A DNA stretch of 64,000 nucleotides, taken from the IMG/VR virus record IMGVR_UViG_3300013094_000017, positions 62,001-126,000 of that record; one strand, 5' to 3'. The notes below the pieces were generated by a model. That model was not told the origin of the DNA. It made no database searches and saw nothing but the letters and a program-made list of their open reading frames with translations. Positions 1-9,038 of the stretch are shown in pieces (the first letter of the stretch is position 1; the number at the start of each line of letters is the position of its first letter). The translations under genes and the position numbers were made by a program.

Positions 1-1
1 A

Positions 2-343
2 ACGAGATTTAAACCAGATTGGCGTCATTGGAAGAAATTAAACGCAAAAGATTCAGGTGGTGATCAGTTTAGTGATTGGGTTCCTCGTAATATATTGTAC
101 TTCAATCAATTCATTAAAGAATTGTTTAACACCCAGACTAAAGAAGAAGCGTTTGAGATGATTCAACAGGCTCGTCCATTCTTAACAAGTTTAGAAGGTG
201 CAAGGCTACAAGGTGGACCTGCTCAAAATACATTTACTAATTTATTTGATGTTGAAGAAATAACTACAGCAGAAGAAGTAGACTTAGAAAATCCAGACGA
301 TGACGAACTACGTGCATTAGAACAAGGACTAAATGATGAATAG
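2..343 (+). CDS. C-terminal part of a gene truncated by the window edge; context suggests possibly a DpdA/TGT-like transglycosylase
   Basis: The frame is open from base 2 (TRFKPDWRHWKK...WVPRNILYFNQF...) to TAG at 343, so the ORF-track start at 95 is not the true start. The identity is inferred only from its position next to deazaguanine genes; no catalytic motif is visible. Confidence 0.35.
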   Translation, partial: TRFKPDWRHWKKLNAKDSGGDQFSDWVPRNILYFNQFIKELFNTQTKEEAFEMIQQARPFLTSLEGARLQGGPAQNTFTNLFDVEEITTAEEVDLENPDDDELRALEQGLNDE

Positions 344-494
344 ATTAAATGAATTAATTCAAAGACAAACTGAGTTAGAAGAACAAATTCGTACAGGTAA
401 GAGTAAGTACTTAGATGATGCTAACTGCGGCAAAGCTGAACAAGAATTAATGATTGTTACTCGTTTAATAGAAGATATCAAAAATGCAGCGTGA
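333..494 (+). CDS. small hypothetical protein (53 aa)
   Basis: MMNRLNELIQRQTELEEQIRTGK...IEDIKNAA*. Fills the gap and overlaps both neighbours; AAGGA upstream; below the ORF-track length cutoff. Confidence 0.6.
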   Translation: MMNRLNELIQRQTELEEQIRTGKSKYLDDANCGKAEQELMIVTRLIEDIKNAA

Positions 495-1029
495 TTATAA
501 TACAGGTGTAGCAGATTCAGTAATATTCTTTATCGGTGACGAGATTGAACAAACTCCTGCATACGGATTACGAACATTATTTGTTGTAGGTGTTCACGAG
601 TCCAATGACATTCTAAAATTATTAAACACAAAACTTGCCCACAGCAACATTCAACATATCTATTTTGGGGCTAATCAGAGCTTTCCTAATCCGGACATAA
701 ACAATGCGATTGTTTGGAAAGAATGGGAAGATATGATTATCGCCTGTCTAGAAGCAGGTTATTGGTGTACTCTAGATTTAGATGTACGCTGTGCTGAAGG
801 ATTAGTAGAAGGTCCATTGGTAGAAAATCGTAGATTTATTCCACAGTTAAGTGTAAAGATTCCATACTTGACACAGTTGGGATATAATGCTACAATTAAA
901 TTAGACGACAAAGGATTTGAGGCAAGTAATCCCGGCGTCTGGTGTCATACATTACATTCATTAACTACTAGAGATTCATTCACAAGTTGGGATGAATACG
1001 GTAAAGACGAGATAATTAAACGTGATTAA
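484..1029 (+). CDS. hypothetical protein in the deazaguanine cluster
   Basis: 181-aa ORF overlapping its neighbours; no motif recognised. Confidence 0.75.
   Translation: MQRDYNTGVADSVIFFIGDEIEQTPAYGLRTLFVVGVHESNDILKLLNTKLAHSNIQHIYFGANQSFPNPDINNAIVWKEWEDMIIACLEAGYWCTLDLDVRCAEGLVEGPLVENRRFIPQLSVKIPYLTQLGYNATIKLDDKGFEASNPGVWCHTLHSLTTRDSFTSWDEYGKDEIIKRD
868..896 (+). promoter_or_regulatory. internal sigma70-type promoter upstream of the DpdL-like gene
   Basis: TTGACA-17 nt-TACAAT inside the preceding CDS. Confidence 0.5.
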
Positions 1030-1411
1030 TAAACGAATTTGGGTAACCTTTCAAAAAGAAGGCATTCATTGCTATCCTGCGGCAGCAACTGACCCTAACC
1101 TTAATACTGGAGATGCATATGATGTATCGTTTCTTGCTAGTCCTCACCGCCACATTTTTCATTTCAGGGTGTCAATCAGTGTGTTCCATAACGACAGGGA
1201 CATCGAATTCATCCAGTTCAAACGGTGGCTTGAAACCATGTATGTGGGTAGCGGTGCCACTTTAGAACTAAATTATAAGAGCTGTGAGATGATCGCAGAT
1301 GATCTTTACAAAGAGATCGCTCAAAAGTATCCTAATCGTGATGTTTGGATAGAAGTATCCGAAGATGGCGAGAATGGGTGTTATCATGAGTACATTAGTA
1401 CTCGTTCGTAA
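1022..1411 (+). CDS. dpdL: QueD-like T-fold protein, DpdL type (putative CDG decarboxylase)
   Basis: LASPHRHIF matches LxxxHRHxF rather than the canonical QueD CxxxHGH; SCEMIA and VSEDGENG are QueD-fold features; lies near folE and queE. Confidence 0.7.
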   Translation: MINKRIWVTFQKEGIHCYPAAATDPNLNTGDAYDVSFLASPHRHIFHFRVSISVFHNDRDIEFIQFKRWLETMYVGSGATLELNYKSCEMIADDLYKEIAQKYPNRDVWIEVSEDGENGCYHEYISTRS

Positions 1412-1437
1412 ACTGTCACAATCTAAGGAGATTTACC

Positions 1438-1677
1438 GTGGCTAATCCAAAATGGCTAAACAAATATCTAACAATAAAGCCAGAAGTACATAAGATCTAT
1501 GATGATCTTGATGCGTGGTTAAACTATTGCAGGTTTAACTTAACCAAGTTTGATCCAGCGGATCTATACAAGTCACCAGCTTGTAAAGAATGGCTAGAAA
1601 AACGCCGTCGTCGTCAGCAATGGCAACAACGTAATGGTCAGACCAGCAATGGTTATCAAGGTAAGAATCCACGCTAG
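1438..1677 (+). CDS. hypothetical protein
   Basis: 79 aa, GTG start with AAGGAG RBS, basic tail. Confidence 0.7.
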   Translation: MANPKWLNKYLTIKPEVHKIYDDLDAWLNYCRFNLTKFDPADLYKSPACKEWLEKRRRRQQWQQRNGQTSNGYQGKNPR

Positions 1678-2501
1678 GAACTGTGAGTATATTGTTCCAT
1701 TAGTTGAGATAGGGTAATATGGCATTTAGTATTTTTGATAGAATTATCTAAATGCCACAACATACGCAGATTTGTCCAATGCCCTATAACCTCAGGAGAG
1801 ATTCCTTGTTTGAATCCTTCCTCTACAGAAAATATATGATCTAAATGGTATTTGTATCTTGCTCGTGGTAAGTTACTAGGGTTGATTTTATAATAATGGG
1901 TATGGTAAGATTTAGCAGTAATCTTCTTTACAGCAAGTCTATAAAGTTCTAATTCGCTACGATGCTCGTCACTTACCCAATCACCTGTAGAAATACGAGA
2001 TTTTCTAATTTTAGCAGTTACATCTTTTGATTTAGAAGGATTATCTACTCCGTATTTTTCTATACAGGTTTCCTTGTGTTTGTTTTTTACCTGTTCAGAT
2101 TTGAATGGGTTGTCTACTCCATATTTTTCTATACAGGTATTTTTTACTGTATTCCTAAATTCAGTAGATTGAGAGGCAAACTCTGTTCCGTATTTTGCCA
2201 AACAAGCGGCTTTGTATTTTTTCAAGAATGCTGGATTACGATTCCTGCAAGAAGAAGAGCAGTTTTGGGTATACCCGCTCCGGAGTCCGGTAAATCTTAA
2301 AGGGTTAACACGGCATACTGGACATAATATCGGAATGACAGATCCTTCTAAATATAATTCGTGAAATGCTTTTTGAAACAACGGCCATTCTGAAGGATAT
2401 TCTGTTAAACAAGTTCCAATATAGTTCTTGATTATAGGTCGTAAATCTGTTATTTTATTTGGATAAGTTTCTATTAACTTTTTTATTTCATTTTTAGTCA
2501 T
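1674..2501 (-). CDS. free-standing HNH-type homing endonuclease with CIEKYGVDNP repeats
   Basis: CPVC...CSSSC zinc knuckle, three KYG repeats, C-terminal HLDHIFS...NLRML...N; antisense to the surrounding operon. Confidence 0.8.
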   Translation of the reverse strand: MTKNEIKKLIETYPNKITDLRPIIKNYIGTCLTEYPSEWPLFQKAFHELYLEGSVIPILCPVCRVNPLRFTGLRSGYTQNCSSSCRNRNPAFLKKYKAACLAKYGTEFASQSTEFRNTVKNTCIEKYGVDNPFKSEQVKNKHKETCIEKYGVDNPSKSKDVTAKIRKSRISTGDWVSDEHRSELELYRLAVKKITAKSYHTHYYKINPSNLPRARYKYHLDHIFSVEEGFKQGISPEVIGHWTNLRMLWHLDNSIKNTKCHITLSQLMEQYTHSS

Positions 2502-2506
2502 AATAC

Positions 2507-2535
2507 TTGACTCTCAATAATAAGTAGTATATACT
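2507..2535 (+). promoter_or_regulatory. sigma70-type promoter for the glycosyltransferase gene
   Basis: TTGACT-17 nt-TATACT. Confidence 0.65.
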
Positions 2536-2543
2536 TATTTATA
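2536..2543 (-). promoter_or_regulatory. T4-type late promoter for the HNH gene
   Basis: Perfect TATAAATA on the minus strand about 35 nt upstream of the ATG at 2501. Confidence 0.65.
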
Positions 2544-2567
2544 CATTATGGCACGGAGGCTTACTTA

Positions 2568-3674
2568 ATGAAACCTACAATTTGGATTTTCTCGCTTGAG
2601 CCAATTGAAACCAGATATACAGCACAATGGCATAAACATATTCCAAAACTACTCAAGAACAACTTAGGAGATAAGTTTAATATAGTTCAGGTTGATGGTA
2701 TCCAGAAAGACAGCCAACTTACTCCGGGTGCTTTCTTAAACTTTTCAGATACTAACTATTGGAAAAGTTCGCAATTATGTAATTTTTTAGAGCATCATAA
2801 TAGAGGAGAAACTTCCACCGACGATCACATCCTTTTTACCGACGCTTGGAATCCTACGGTTATCCAACTCAAATATATGAAGGATCTGTTAGGCTTTAAC
2901 TGGACCTTACACGGTATGTTCCACGCGGGGTCATATGATCCTCAGGACTTCTTGGGTAGATTAATTGGTCCTGCGGCTTGGGTTAGAAATGCTGAGAAGA
3001 GCTTCTTTGCAGCCATCGATCACAACTACTTTGCAACTAGATTCCATATAGATATGTTTGTTGACAATCTACTAGAAAATGGAGTACCGCGTGAGAATCC
3101 GTGGGCTGATGAAGATAAAGCAAGTTTGCTTATGAACTATAAGATTGTACGTAGTGGTTGGCCTATGGAATATATGGAACATACCTTAGATATCTATAAA
3201 GGTATGCCCAAGCGCGATCTTATCTTATTTCCTCATCGTATCGCTCCTGAGAAACAGGTTGAGATATTTAGAGATCTAGCACAGGCATTACCGCAGTTCG
3301 AATGGGTTATTTGTCAAGAACAACAATTAACAAAGAACGAATATCACAATCTATTAGGTGAAGCTAAGATGGTGTTTAGTGCTAACCTACAAGAAACATT
3401 GGGCATTAGTATGTACGAAGGTGCATTACTAGATGCTATCCCAATGGTTCCAGACAGATTGAGCTACAGTGAAATGTTTGCTAATGTTTGGAAATACCCA
3501 AGTGAGTGGACAGAATCATGGGACAGCTATCTTACCCATAGAAAAGAACTATGTGAGCTGATCGTTGATTATATGGAAAATTATAACGAGTATGTTAAAT
3601 TTATTAAGCAACAGGCATATAGTTTAACCAAAGAGTTTTTCAATGCTGGACAATTATTAGAGAGATTAAAATGA
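2568..3674 (+). CDS. GT-B fold glycosyltransferase (GT4-like)
   Basis: FPHRIAPEKQ and ETLGISMYEG (E-x7-E nucleotide-sugar-binding motif). Confidence 0.8.
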   Translation: MKPTIWIFSLEPIETRYTAQWHKHIPKLLKNNLGDKFNIVQVDGIQKDSQLTPGAFLNFSDTNYWKSSQLCNFLEHHNRGETSTDDHILFTDAWNPTVIQLKYMKDLLGFNWTLHGMFHAGSYDPQDFLGRLIGPAAWVRNAEKSFFAAIDHNYFATRFHIDMFVDNLLENGVPRENPWADEDKASLLMNYKIVRSGWPMEYMEHTLDIYKGMPKRDLILFPHRIAPEKQVEIFRDLAQALPQFEWVICQEQQLTKNEYHNLLGEAKMVFSANLQETLGISMYEGALLDAIPMVPDRLSYSEMFANVWKYPSEWTESWDSYLTHRKELCELIVDYMENYNEYVKFIKQQAYSLTKEFFNAGQLLERLK

Positions 3675-4441
3675 AGATTGGAATTATCGGATTAGGATTC
3701 GTAGGTGGTGCTGTTAAGGCAGCGCACGATTTAGTAGGTATTGAAACAGTTGATGTAGATCCTCATAAGGGATTGCCAGCAACATTAGCTGATGCTAAAG
3801 CGTGTGATGCTATCTACATCTGCGTGCCTAGCCCTATTGGATCAGATGGTGCTTGCGATACCAGCATCTTAGAAAACGTTATGGAACAGCTAACAGATTA
3901 CACTGGCCCTATCATTAGTAAGGTCACTGCGCCACCTAGCGTATATGTTCGCTTACAAGAAAGTCATAAGAATCTTATTCATGCTCCAGAATTCTTAGTT
4001 GCGGCAACTGCTAACGAAGATTACATCAACGGTACTTATGCCATTATCGGTGGATATGAACCTTATGCTACTCAGGCAGAAGCGGCTATCTTGGCAGCGC
4101 AACGCCGAGTAACTAACATTACTAAGATCGGAATAGGCGAGGCAGCATTAACAAAATATGCTATCAATACATTCTTATCTACAAAAGTTATCTTTATGAA
4201 TGAGCTAAAGGCACTTGCTGACGCTGCTGGAATTGATTACAATGTAGTTAAAGATACTATTCAGTTTGATTCACGTCAGGGTAATAGTCATTTTGATGTA
4301 CCTGGTCCAGATGGTAAGTTTGGATTCGGTGGTGCTTGCTTTCCAAAAGATACTTCGGCATTATTAAAATACGCTGAAGGATTAGGAGTTGAGTTAAGTG
4401 TATTAGCAAGTGCTGTGGCGAAAAATAAAATCATTCGTTAG
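3671..4441 (+). CDS. UDP-glucose/GDP-mannose dehydrogenase family protein, lacking the C-terminal domain
   Basis: GLGFVG Rossmann motif, CVPSP, PEFL, catalytic GFGGACFPKD; only 256 aa. Confidence 0.85.
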   Translation: MKIGIIGLGFVGGAVKAAHDLVGIETVDVDPHKGLPATLADAKACDAIYICVPSPIGSDGACDTSILENVMEQLTDYTGPIISKVTAPPSVYVRLQESHKNLIHAPEFLVAATANEDYINGTYAIIGGYEPYATQAEAAILAAQRRVTNITKIGIGEAALTKYAINTFLSTKVIFMNELKALADAAGIDYNVVKDTIQFDSRQGNSHFDVPGPDGKFGFGGACFPKDTSALLKYAEGLGVELSVLASAVAKNKIIR

Positions 4442-4470
4442 TTGACAGAGCCTAAATAACCCTATATAAT
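4442..4470 (+). promoter_or_regulatory. consensus sigma70 promoter upstream of folE
   Basis: TTGACA-17 nt-TATAAT; the spacer also contains a late-like CTAAATA. Confidence 0.8.
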
Positions 4471-4514
4471 ATTATTAAACATGGCAATCCATCTGCCTTA
4501 TCATCGGAGATAAA

Positions 4515-5213
4515 ATGGTAGCAAAATACACACCAGTTAGCGAAACTATTCGCAACAACTTAAAGAAAGACAACAAACGTTTCTGGGCTGGAGATAACAT
4601 CTCAGAATACATCACAGAAGAAAACAAAGCCCTATTAATTGACGAAGCAACTCTAGCATTTGAAGGTGTGCTTGATACATTGTTAATTGATCGTGAAAAC
4701 GATCCTAACAGTCATGGTACAGCTAGACGTTTAGCCAAAATGTACTTTAATGAGATCATGGCCGGACGTTATGAACCTAATCCAGATGCTACAGCATTTC
4801 CAAATGACAGCGAAGATCGTTATGAAGGTATGCTAGTAGTTCGCAGTGAACTACGCAGTATGTGTAGTCATCATCACCAACCGGTGGCGGGGGTTGCGTA
4901 TATTGGGATTATTGCCGCTCAAAAGCTCATTGGTTTGTCTAAGTACACTCGTATTGCTCAGTGGTGTTCTCGTCGTGGTACTCTACAAGAAGAACTATGT
5001 AATGACATTGCTAGAGAGATTATGAAAGCAACAGGTAGTGAGGATGTAGCAGTTTATATAGAAGCCGAACACGGATGTTGCGTTAATAGAGGCATAATGG
5101 CACATTCGAGCTTAACCCAAACAACTGTATTACATGGTGCGTTTAAGAATGACTCAAGTACCAAAAAAGAGTTCTTTGATAATATCAAACTACAAGCAAG
5201 AAACGGCAAGTAA
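4515..5213 (+). CDS. folE: GTP cyclohydrolase I
   Basis: MCSHHHQP, IGLSKYTR, LQEEL, EAEHGC zinc and substrate motifs. Confidence 0.95.
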   Translation: MVAKYTPVSETIRNNLKKDNKRFWAGDNISEYITEENKALLIDEATLAFEGVLDTLLIDRENDPNSHGTARRLAKMYFNEIMAGRYEPNPDATAFPNDSEDRYEGMLVVRSELRSMCSHHHQPVAGVAYIGIIAAQKLIGLSKYTRIAQWCSRRGTLQEELCNDIAREIMKATGSEDVAVYIEAEHGCCVNRGIMAHSSLTQTTVLHGAFKNDSSTKKEFFDNIKLQARNGK

Positions 5214-5858
5214 ACTAAATCCATTCTCTCTCCAAGTTTTAGAGGAATCGATATTTAGGTGATCAATTTTCTTGCTTGCCCTACCATTGGTCACAGGGTA
5301 AGCATCTAAATTATTATAGATAGTGTTTAATGTCCATTCGGGGATATTTAGAACTTTGTGTATTTCTTTCTTAGTTTTGAATATGCCGACTGGAGTAATG
5401 AATTTGTCTTTCAAAACACGAGGCGGGATGAAGTCTTTGGCAGCTCTATTTGCTTTCCAAGAGTTTAATCGTTTTTCCTGTATTGTAGGATTTTTCATAG
5501 GATTATTAATGAGCATACGCAGACGAACTTGCTCAATAAGTTTGGGGGTAGAAAAAATGTTTTCTTTTCCTCGTCGATATCTAGGGCCATTAAACGCACT
5601 TGATTTATTGAAGAAGCCATAAGCGTGACGCATTTTAATTTCATCTTGGAAATTATCCTGCATTTTGATTAGAAGGCAATGACACACTCGATGTTCTTTA
5701 TAGGTTAAATCTACTAAATTAGTAGGATCGTTTGTTCCACCTAACGATTTAGGAATGATATGATGGCATTGATTAAATTTAGAAGATTTTGTTCTATTTT
5801 CATTTAATGCTCTTGTAATTATTCTATAATATGTTATACTATATTTGTTAGTAATCAT
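5190..5858 (-). CDS. HNH homing endonuclease (MobE-like N-terminus)
   Basis: HHIIPKSLGGTNDPTNLVDLTYKEHRVCHCLL; ATG at 5858 is preceded by GAGG; late-like GATAAATA at 5885-5892. Confidence 0.85.
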   Translation of the reverse strand: MITNKYSITYYRIITRALNENRTKSSKFNQCHHIIPKSLGGTNDPTNLVDLTYKEHRVCHCLLIKMQDNFQDEIKMRHAYGFFNKSSAFNGPRYRRGKENIFSTPKLIEQVRLRMLINNPMKNPTIQEKRLNSWKANRAAKDFIPPRVLKDKFITPVGIFKTKKEIHKVLNIPEWTLNTIYNNLDAYPVTNGRASKKIDHLNIDSSKTWRENGFSLLAVSCL

Positions 5859-5919
5859 AATACGCCTCATAAATTCTATATTATTATTTATCTGGTTGAT
5901 GCGAAAATAGAGGTATTAA

Positions 5920-6135
5920 ATGAACGAGAAGATTAAACAACTTGCTGAACAGGCTGATAATTTTGCTGATGATAAAATTCGGATGCCTGGAGAATATCAC
6001 CCAGATTGGCATGATGTGCGAGATGAAAAGTTTGCCGAGTTGATTGTTAAGGAATGTAGTAATTTCTTGAAAGATACATTGGACGATCATTTTGCGGCAG
6101 AACAGTTAGAAGAACATTTCGGAGTTGAAGAATGA
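5920..6135 (+). CDS. small phage protein (MNE-IK-LAEQA...EKFAELIV-EC...EHFGVE type)
   Basis: 71 aa with GAGG RBS. Confidence 0.75.
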   Translation: MNEKIKQLAEQADNFADDKIRMPGEYHPDWHDVRDEKFAELIVKECSNFLKDTLDDHFAAEQLEEHFGVEE

Positions 6136-6233
6136 ACACAACTGTTCTTAAGGGTGCATTTAAATCTGATCCAGATACTAAGAAAGAGTTCTTTGACAAT
6201 ATTAAACTTCAACAGGAATTTGCTCCAAGATGA
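6132..6233 (+). pseudogene. folE: displaced second copy of the folE C-terminus (33-codon mini-ORF)
   Basis: Translates MNTTVLKGAFKSDPDTKKEFFDNIKLQQEFAPR*, versus TTVLHGAFKNDSSTKKEFFDNIKLQARNGK* in the intact gene. Confidence 0.85.
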
Positions 6234-6466
6234 TAGGCGCTGACGTAGTATGGTTTGGTGTAGGATTAGTCTTTGGAATATTCTTTGGCCTTAACCTTTA
6301 CAATGATCGCAAGGCTAGTGATAAACAAAAGGCCTACGAACAAATAGATGAGCAGGTACGTAAAGATCTTATTCGCTATAAGAACATGAGCGAAAGTTTG
6401 TTAGAAGATGTTAAATTTTGGCGTCATCGCGCTAATACATTAAGAGATATAAAGGAAAAGAAATGA
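6230..6466 (+). CDS. small membrane-anchored hypothetical protein
   Basis: N-terminal hydrophobic stretch VVWFGVGLVFGIFFGL followed by a charged helix. Confidence 0.7.
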   Translation: MIGADVVWFGVGLVFGIFFGLNLYNDRKASDKQKAYEQIDEQVRKDLIRYKNMSESLLEDVKFWRHRANTLRDIKEKK

Positions 6467-6669
6467 CACCTAGCGTAGAAAATATGAAACAAGGAACCTG
6501 CGGTTGTGGACGCAGTTTAAGTGGTGATTGCGATGGCAGTCATGCTTTGAGTGAAGAAATGTGGCAGAATAAACTAGATCAATTAATTCGTGAAGAAAAA
6601 GAACTTAAAGACGAATTAGACGATGACGATATTGACGATAATCACAATGTTAGCAACCAAGGAGGTTAG
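6463..6669 (+). CDS. CDGSH iron-sulfur (NEET-like) domain protein
   Basis: CGCGRSLSGDCDGSH motif with an acidic tail. Confidence 0.8.
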   Translation: MTPSVENMKQGTCGCGRSLSGDCDGSHALSEEMWQNKLDQLIREEKELKDELDDDDIDDNHNVSNQGG

Positions 6670-6672
6670 TAA

Positions 6673-7020
6673 ATGAGTACAGGAATAAGTGTAGGTTATA
6701 AAGAATCAAATCGTTCAAATCGTAGAGAAACCCCAACAGGTAGAGGCATGTTAAAGAACTTAATTATCAAATGGGCAGATGCTATCTATCGTAATGAAAG
6801 CAATAAACTAACTACAATCGAAATGTCTGATCCGAGCATCAATAGCGATAAAGGTATTAACTTTAGTGTGTATAAAGCTAATGGTGGTATGGTAATCGAA
6901 ACACGGTTCTACGATGATAGTAAGGATCGCAATCGTCGTGGCTTATATGTTATTACAGAAGAACAAGATATGGGTCAAGAGATTGCTAAGATCATCACAA
7001 TCGAATCATTAAAACAATGA
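6673..7020 (+). CDS. hypothetical protein
   Basis: 115-aa ORF with GGAGG RBS. Confidence 0.75.
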   Translation: MSTGISVGYKESNRSNRRETPTGRGMLKNLIIKWADAIYRNESNKLTTIEMSDPSINSDKGINFSVYKANGGMVIETRFYDDSKDRNRRGLYVITEEQDMGQEIAKIITIESLKQ

Positions 7021-7358
7021 GTCAAATATTTCTCCCCGCTGGTGCATCTGCTAACAAGTCTGGTAATAATACCGTGATTGGTGGCGCTATTAACAATATT
7101 ACCATAGCAAATGGTGGTACAGGATATGGGGCTGGAAGCAACACTACATTTAGCGGTGCTGGTACAGCTGGTACAGTAGGACCGACAGGAACTTTTGGAT
7201 GGTCTTATACCGATCAACAGCACGAGTGGATGTTAGAATATAAACTCGATCCTATTAAAATGGGCCTGATGTGTGAAAAATTTCCAGCACTAGCTAAGAG
7301 TTGGAGTCAGTTTAAAATGTTGTATAATCTATGTAAATCGGAAGAAGAGAATGGATAA
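7017..7358 (+). CDS. hypothetical Gly/Thr-rich protein
   Basis: 113 aa; ATGA overlap with the previous gene. Confidence 0.7.
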   Translation: MSQIFLPAGASANKSGNNTVIGGAINNITIANGGTGYGAGSNTTFSGAGTAGTVGPTGTFGWSYTDQQHEWMLEYKLDPIKMGLMCEKFPALAKSWSQFKMLYNLCKSEEENG

Positions 7359-7872
7359 GAGACGAATCAGTTTTGAAGAATATCGAGGATATGTTGGCGC
7401 TATCTGCCGAGATATCACTATTAGCGATTGGATGCCTGATTATGTAGTAGGTGTTACTCGCGGCGGATTACTGGCTGCTACAATGATCAGTCATTACTTT
7501 AAGATCCCAATGCATACATTAAAAGTAGCCTTACGTGATCACGCAGACACAGAAAGCAATCTTTGGATGGCAGAGGATGCATACGGATACAACGGCGAGG
7601 TAGGTGATCAAGTTGCTAAAAACATTTTGATTGTAGATGATATTAACGACACTGGCGAAACACTAAACTGGATTATGAAAGATTGGCAAACTAGTTGCTT
7701 ACCCAGCGATGCTCGATGGAATCATGTTTGGAATCAAAATGTAAAGTTTGCTACAATTGTAGATAACTTAGATAGTGATTGCAAGGTTAAGATGGACTAT
7801 GTTGGTTTTGAAATTAATAAAGCAGAGGAAGATGTTTGGATTGATTTTCCTTATGAATCTTGGTGGGAATAA
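7351..7872 (+). CDS. type I purine phosphoribosyltransferase (Gpt-like)
   Basis: VGVTRGG, PRPP loop ILIVDDINDTGET, C-terminal WIDFPYE. Confidence 0.9.
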   Translation: MDKRRISFEEYRGYVGAICRDITISDWMPDYVVGVTRGGLLAATMISHYFKIPMHTLKVALRDHADTESNLWMAEDAYGYNGEVGDQVAKNILIVDDINDTGETLNWIMKDWQTSCLPSDARWNHVWNQNVKFATIVDNLDSDCKVKMDYVGFEINKAEEDVWIDFPYESWWE

Positions 7873-7886
7873 CTAAAGGAACTATT

Positions 7887-8606
7887 ATGGCTACAAAGAA
7901 ACAAAAAGAAGAGTTAATGGAAACACTTAAATTCACTCCACGTGAATATAAAATTGAAATTGGCGCATATGGTGGCGAAGTTTATTTTGGTACTGTAGAT
8001 CGCAAGATTTATGATTTCTTTAAAGAAAAGAAAATTGACATTGAAGAATATGCAAGTGATTGGGATGATGAGAAATGGGCCGATATCCCAGAAGACATGC
8101 GTCCATTTGAACCAGGCAATGCTTACGATTGTTCCAATCTAGCACATAACAGTGGCGCAACATTTGATGAAGGTAACACTGTTGAAGTCTATGATGAAAA
8201 TGGTGACAAAGTTTGGGAGTGTGTATTAACTACCGAAGCACTTGAAGCCGAAGGGGTTACTGTGGTATGTGATGAAGAAACCTACATCAGTGAACAGCCA
8301 GAAGGCACTGTGGTATTCTATGGTGCTCAAGGTGAAAAAGGTCTTCTATTTGGCAATGACTTTCCATTAACCTCACCATTTGATCCTAAGAAACTTACAA
8401 TTAACTATGGTGACTTCGATGGTTGGGAAATGGTTATCAGTGTGTTGTATGATGGCGAAGACATTGACAACTACAATCTAGACACTACAGGTAAATGGGC
8501 TGAATCTAAGTGGATCATTGTTGGAGACGAAGAAGTCTACGAAGGTGAAACTCGCGGCGATGAAGAAGATGAGGATGAAGATGAAGAGGATGACAACGAA
8601 GAATGA
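7887..8606 (+). CDS. highly acidic hypothetical protein
   Basis: Start moved to ATG 7887 (AAGGA RBS); poly-D/E tail. Confidence 0.75.
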   Translation: MATKKQKEELMETLKFTPREYKIEIGAYGGEVYFGTVDRKIYDFFKEKKIDIEEYASDWDDEKWADIPEDMRPFEPGNAYDCSNLAHNSGATFDEGNTVEVYDENGDKVWECVLTTEALEAEGVTVVCDEETYISEQPEGTVVFYGAQGEKGLLFGNDFPLTSPFDPKKLTINYGDFDGWEMVISVLYDGEDIDNYNLDTTGKWAESKWIIVGDEEVYEGETRGDEEDEDEDEEDDNEE

Positions 8607-8776
8607 TCCTTAGCAACTATGCCCACGAAAATAGAACAGCAAATGTTTGCAAACAGAGCGGAGAGTATGTTATAATGTGTTATGAAGATGGGCATTACAT
8701 ACGTTCAGAAATAGCATTAAGTGAAACATCAGCTGATGATATTGCAGAAGATTGGGTATTTAAAAGTGATAACTAA
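8603..8776 (+). CDS. small hypothetical protein (57 aa)
   Basis: MILSNYAHENRTANV...DIAEDWVFKSDN*; ATGA overlap with the previous gene; missing from the ORF track. Confidence 0.65.
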   Translation: MILSNYAHENRTANVCKQSGEYVIMCYEDGHYIRSEIALSETSADDIAEDWVFKSDN

Positions 8777-9038
8777 CAAAACACAAGAAGCATTGATTAT
8801 TCTGCAGGAAGAATGTGCTGAAGTAATACAGGCAGCTAGTAAAATATATCGATTTGGGCTAGATAATTCTCACAAATCAGGCCTTACCCAACGAGCTAAT
8901 TTAGAAATGGAAATTGGCGATATGCTGTCCCTGGTAGATATTTTAGTTGAGCAAGGTGTTCTAGACCTAAATAATTTAAACACTGCTAAATTAAACAAAA
9001 TTGAAAAACTTAAAATATGGTCAAAATTATATGAGTAA
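8766..9038 (+). CDS. mazG: MazG-like nucleotide pyrophosphohydrolase
   Basis: EECAE...EIGD (ExxE...ExxD); GTG start at 8766 avoids a long overlap with the upstream small gene. Confidence 0.8.
   Translation: MITNKTQEALIILQEECAEVIQAASKIYRFGLDNSHKSGLTQRANLEMEIGDMLSLVDILVEQGVLDLNNLNTAKLNKIEKLKIWSKLYE

Larger units (their letters stand above)
5121..6137. mobile_element. homing-endonuclease cassette inserted into folE (replacement 3' end + HNH gene + small ORF)
   Basis: Bounded by two diverged copies of the folE 3' end (5121-5213 and 6138-6233). Confidence 0.75.

Noticed and set aside
5121-6233. Group I intron in folE
   Set aside because: folE is complete without splicing, the HNH gene is antisense, and no intron core structure is evident.
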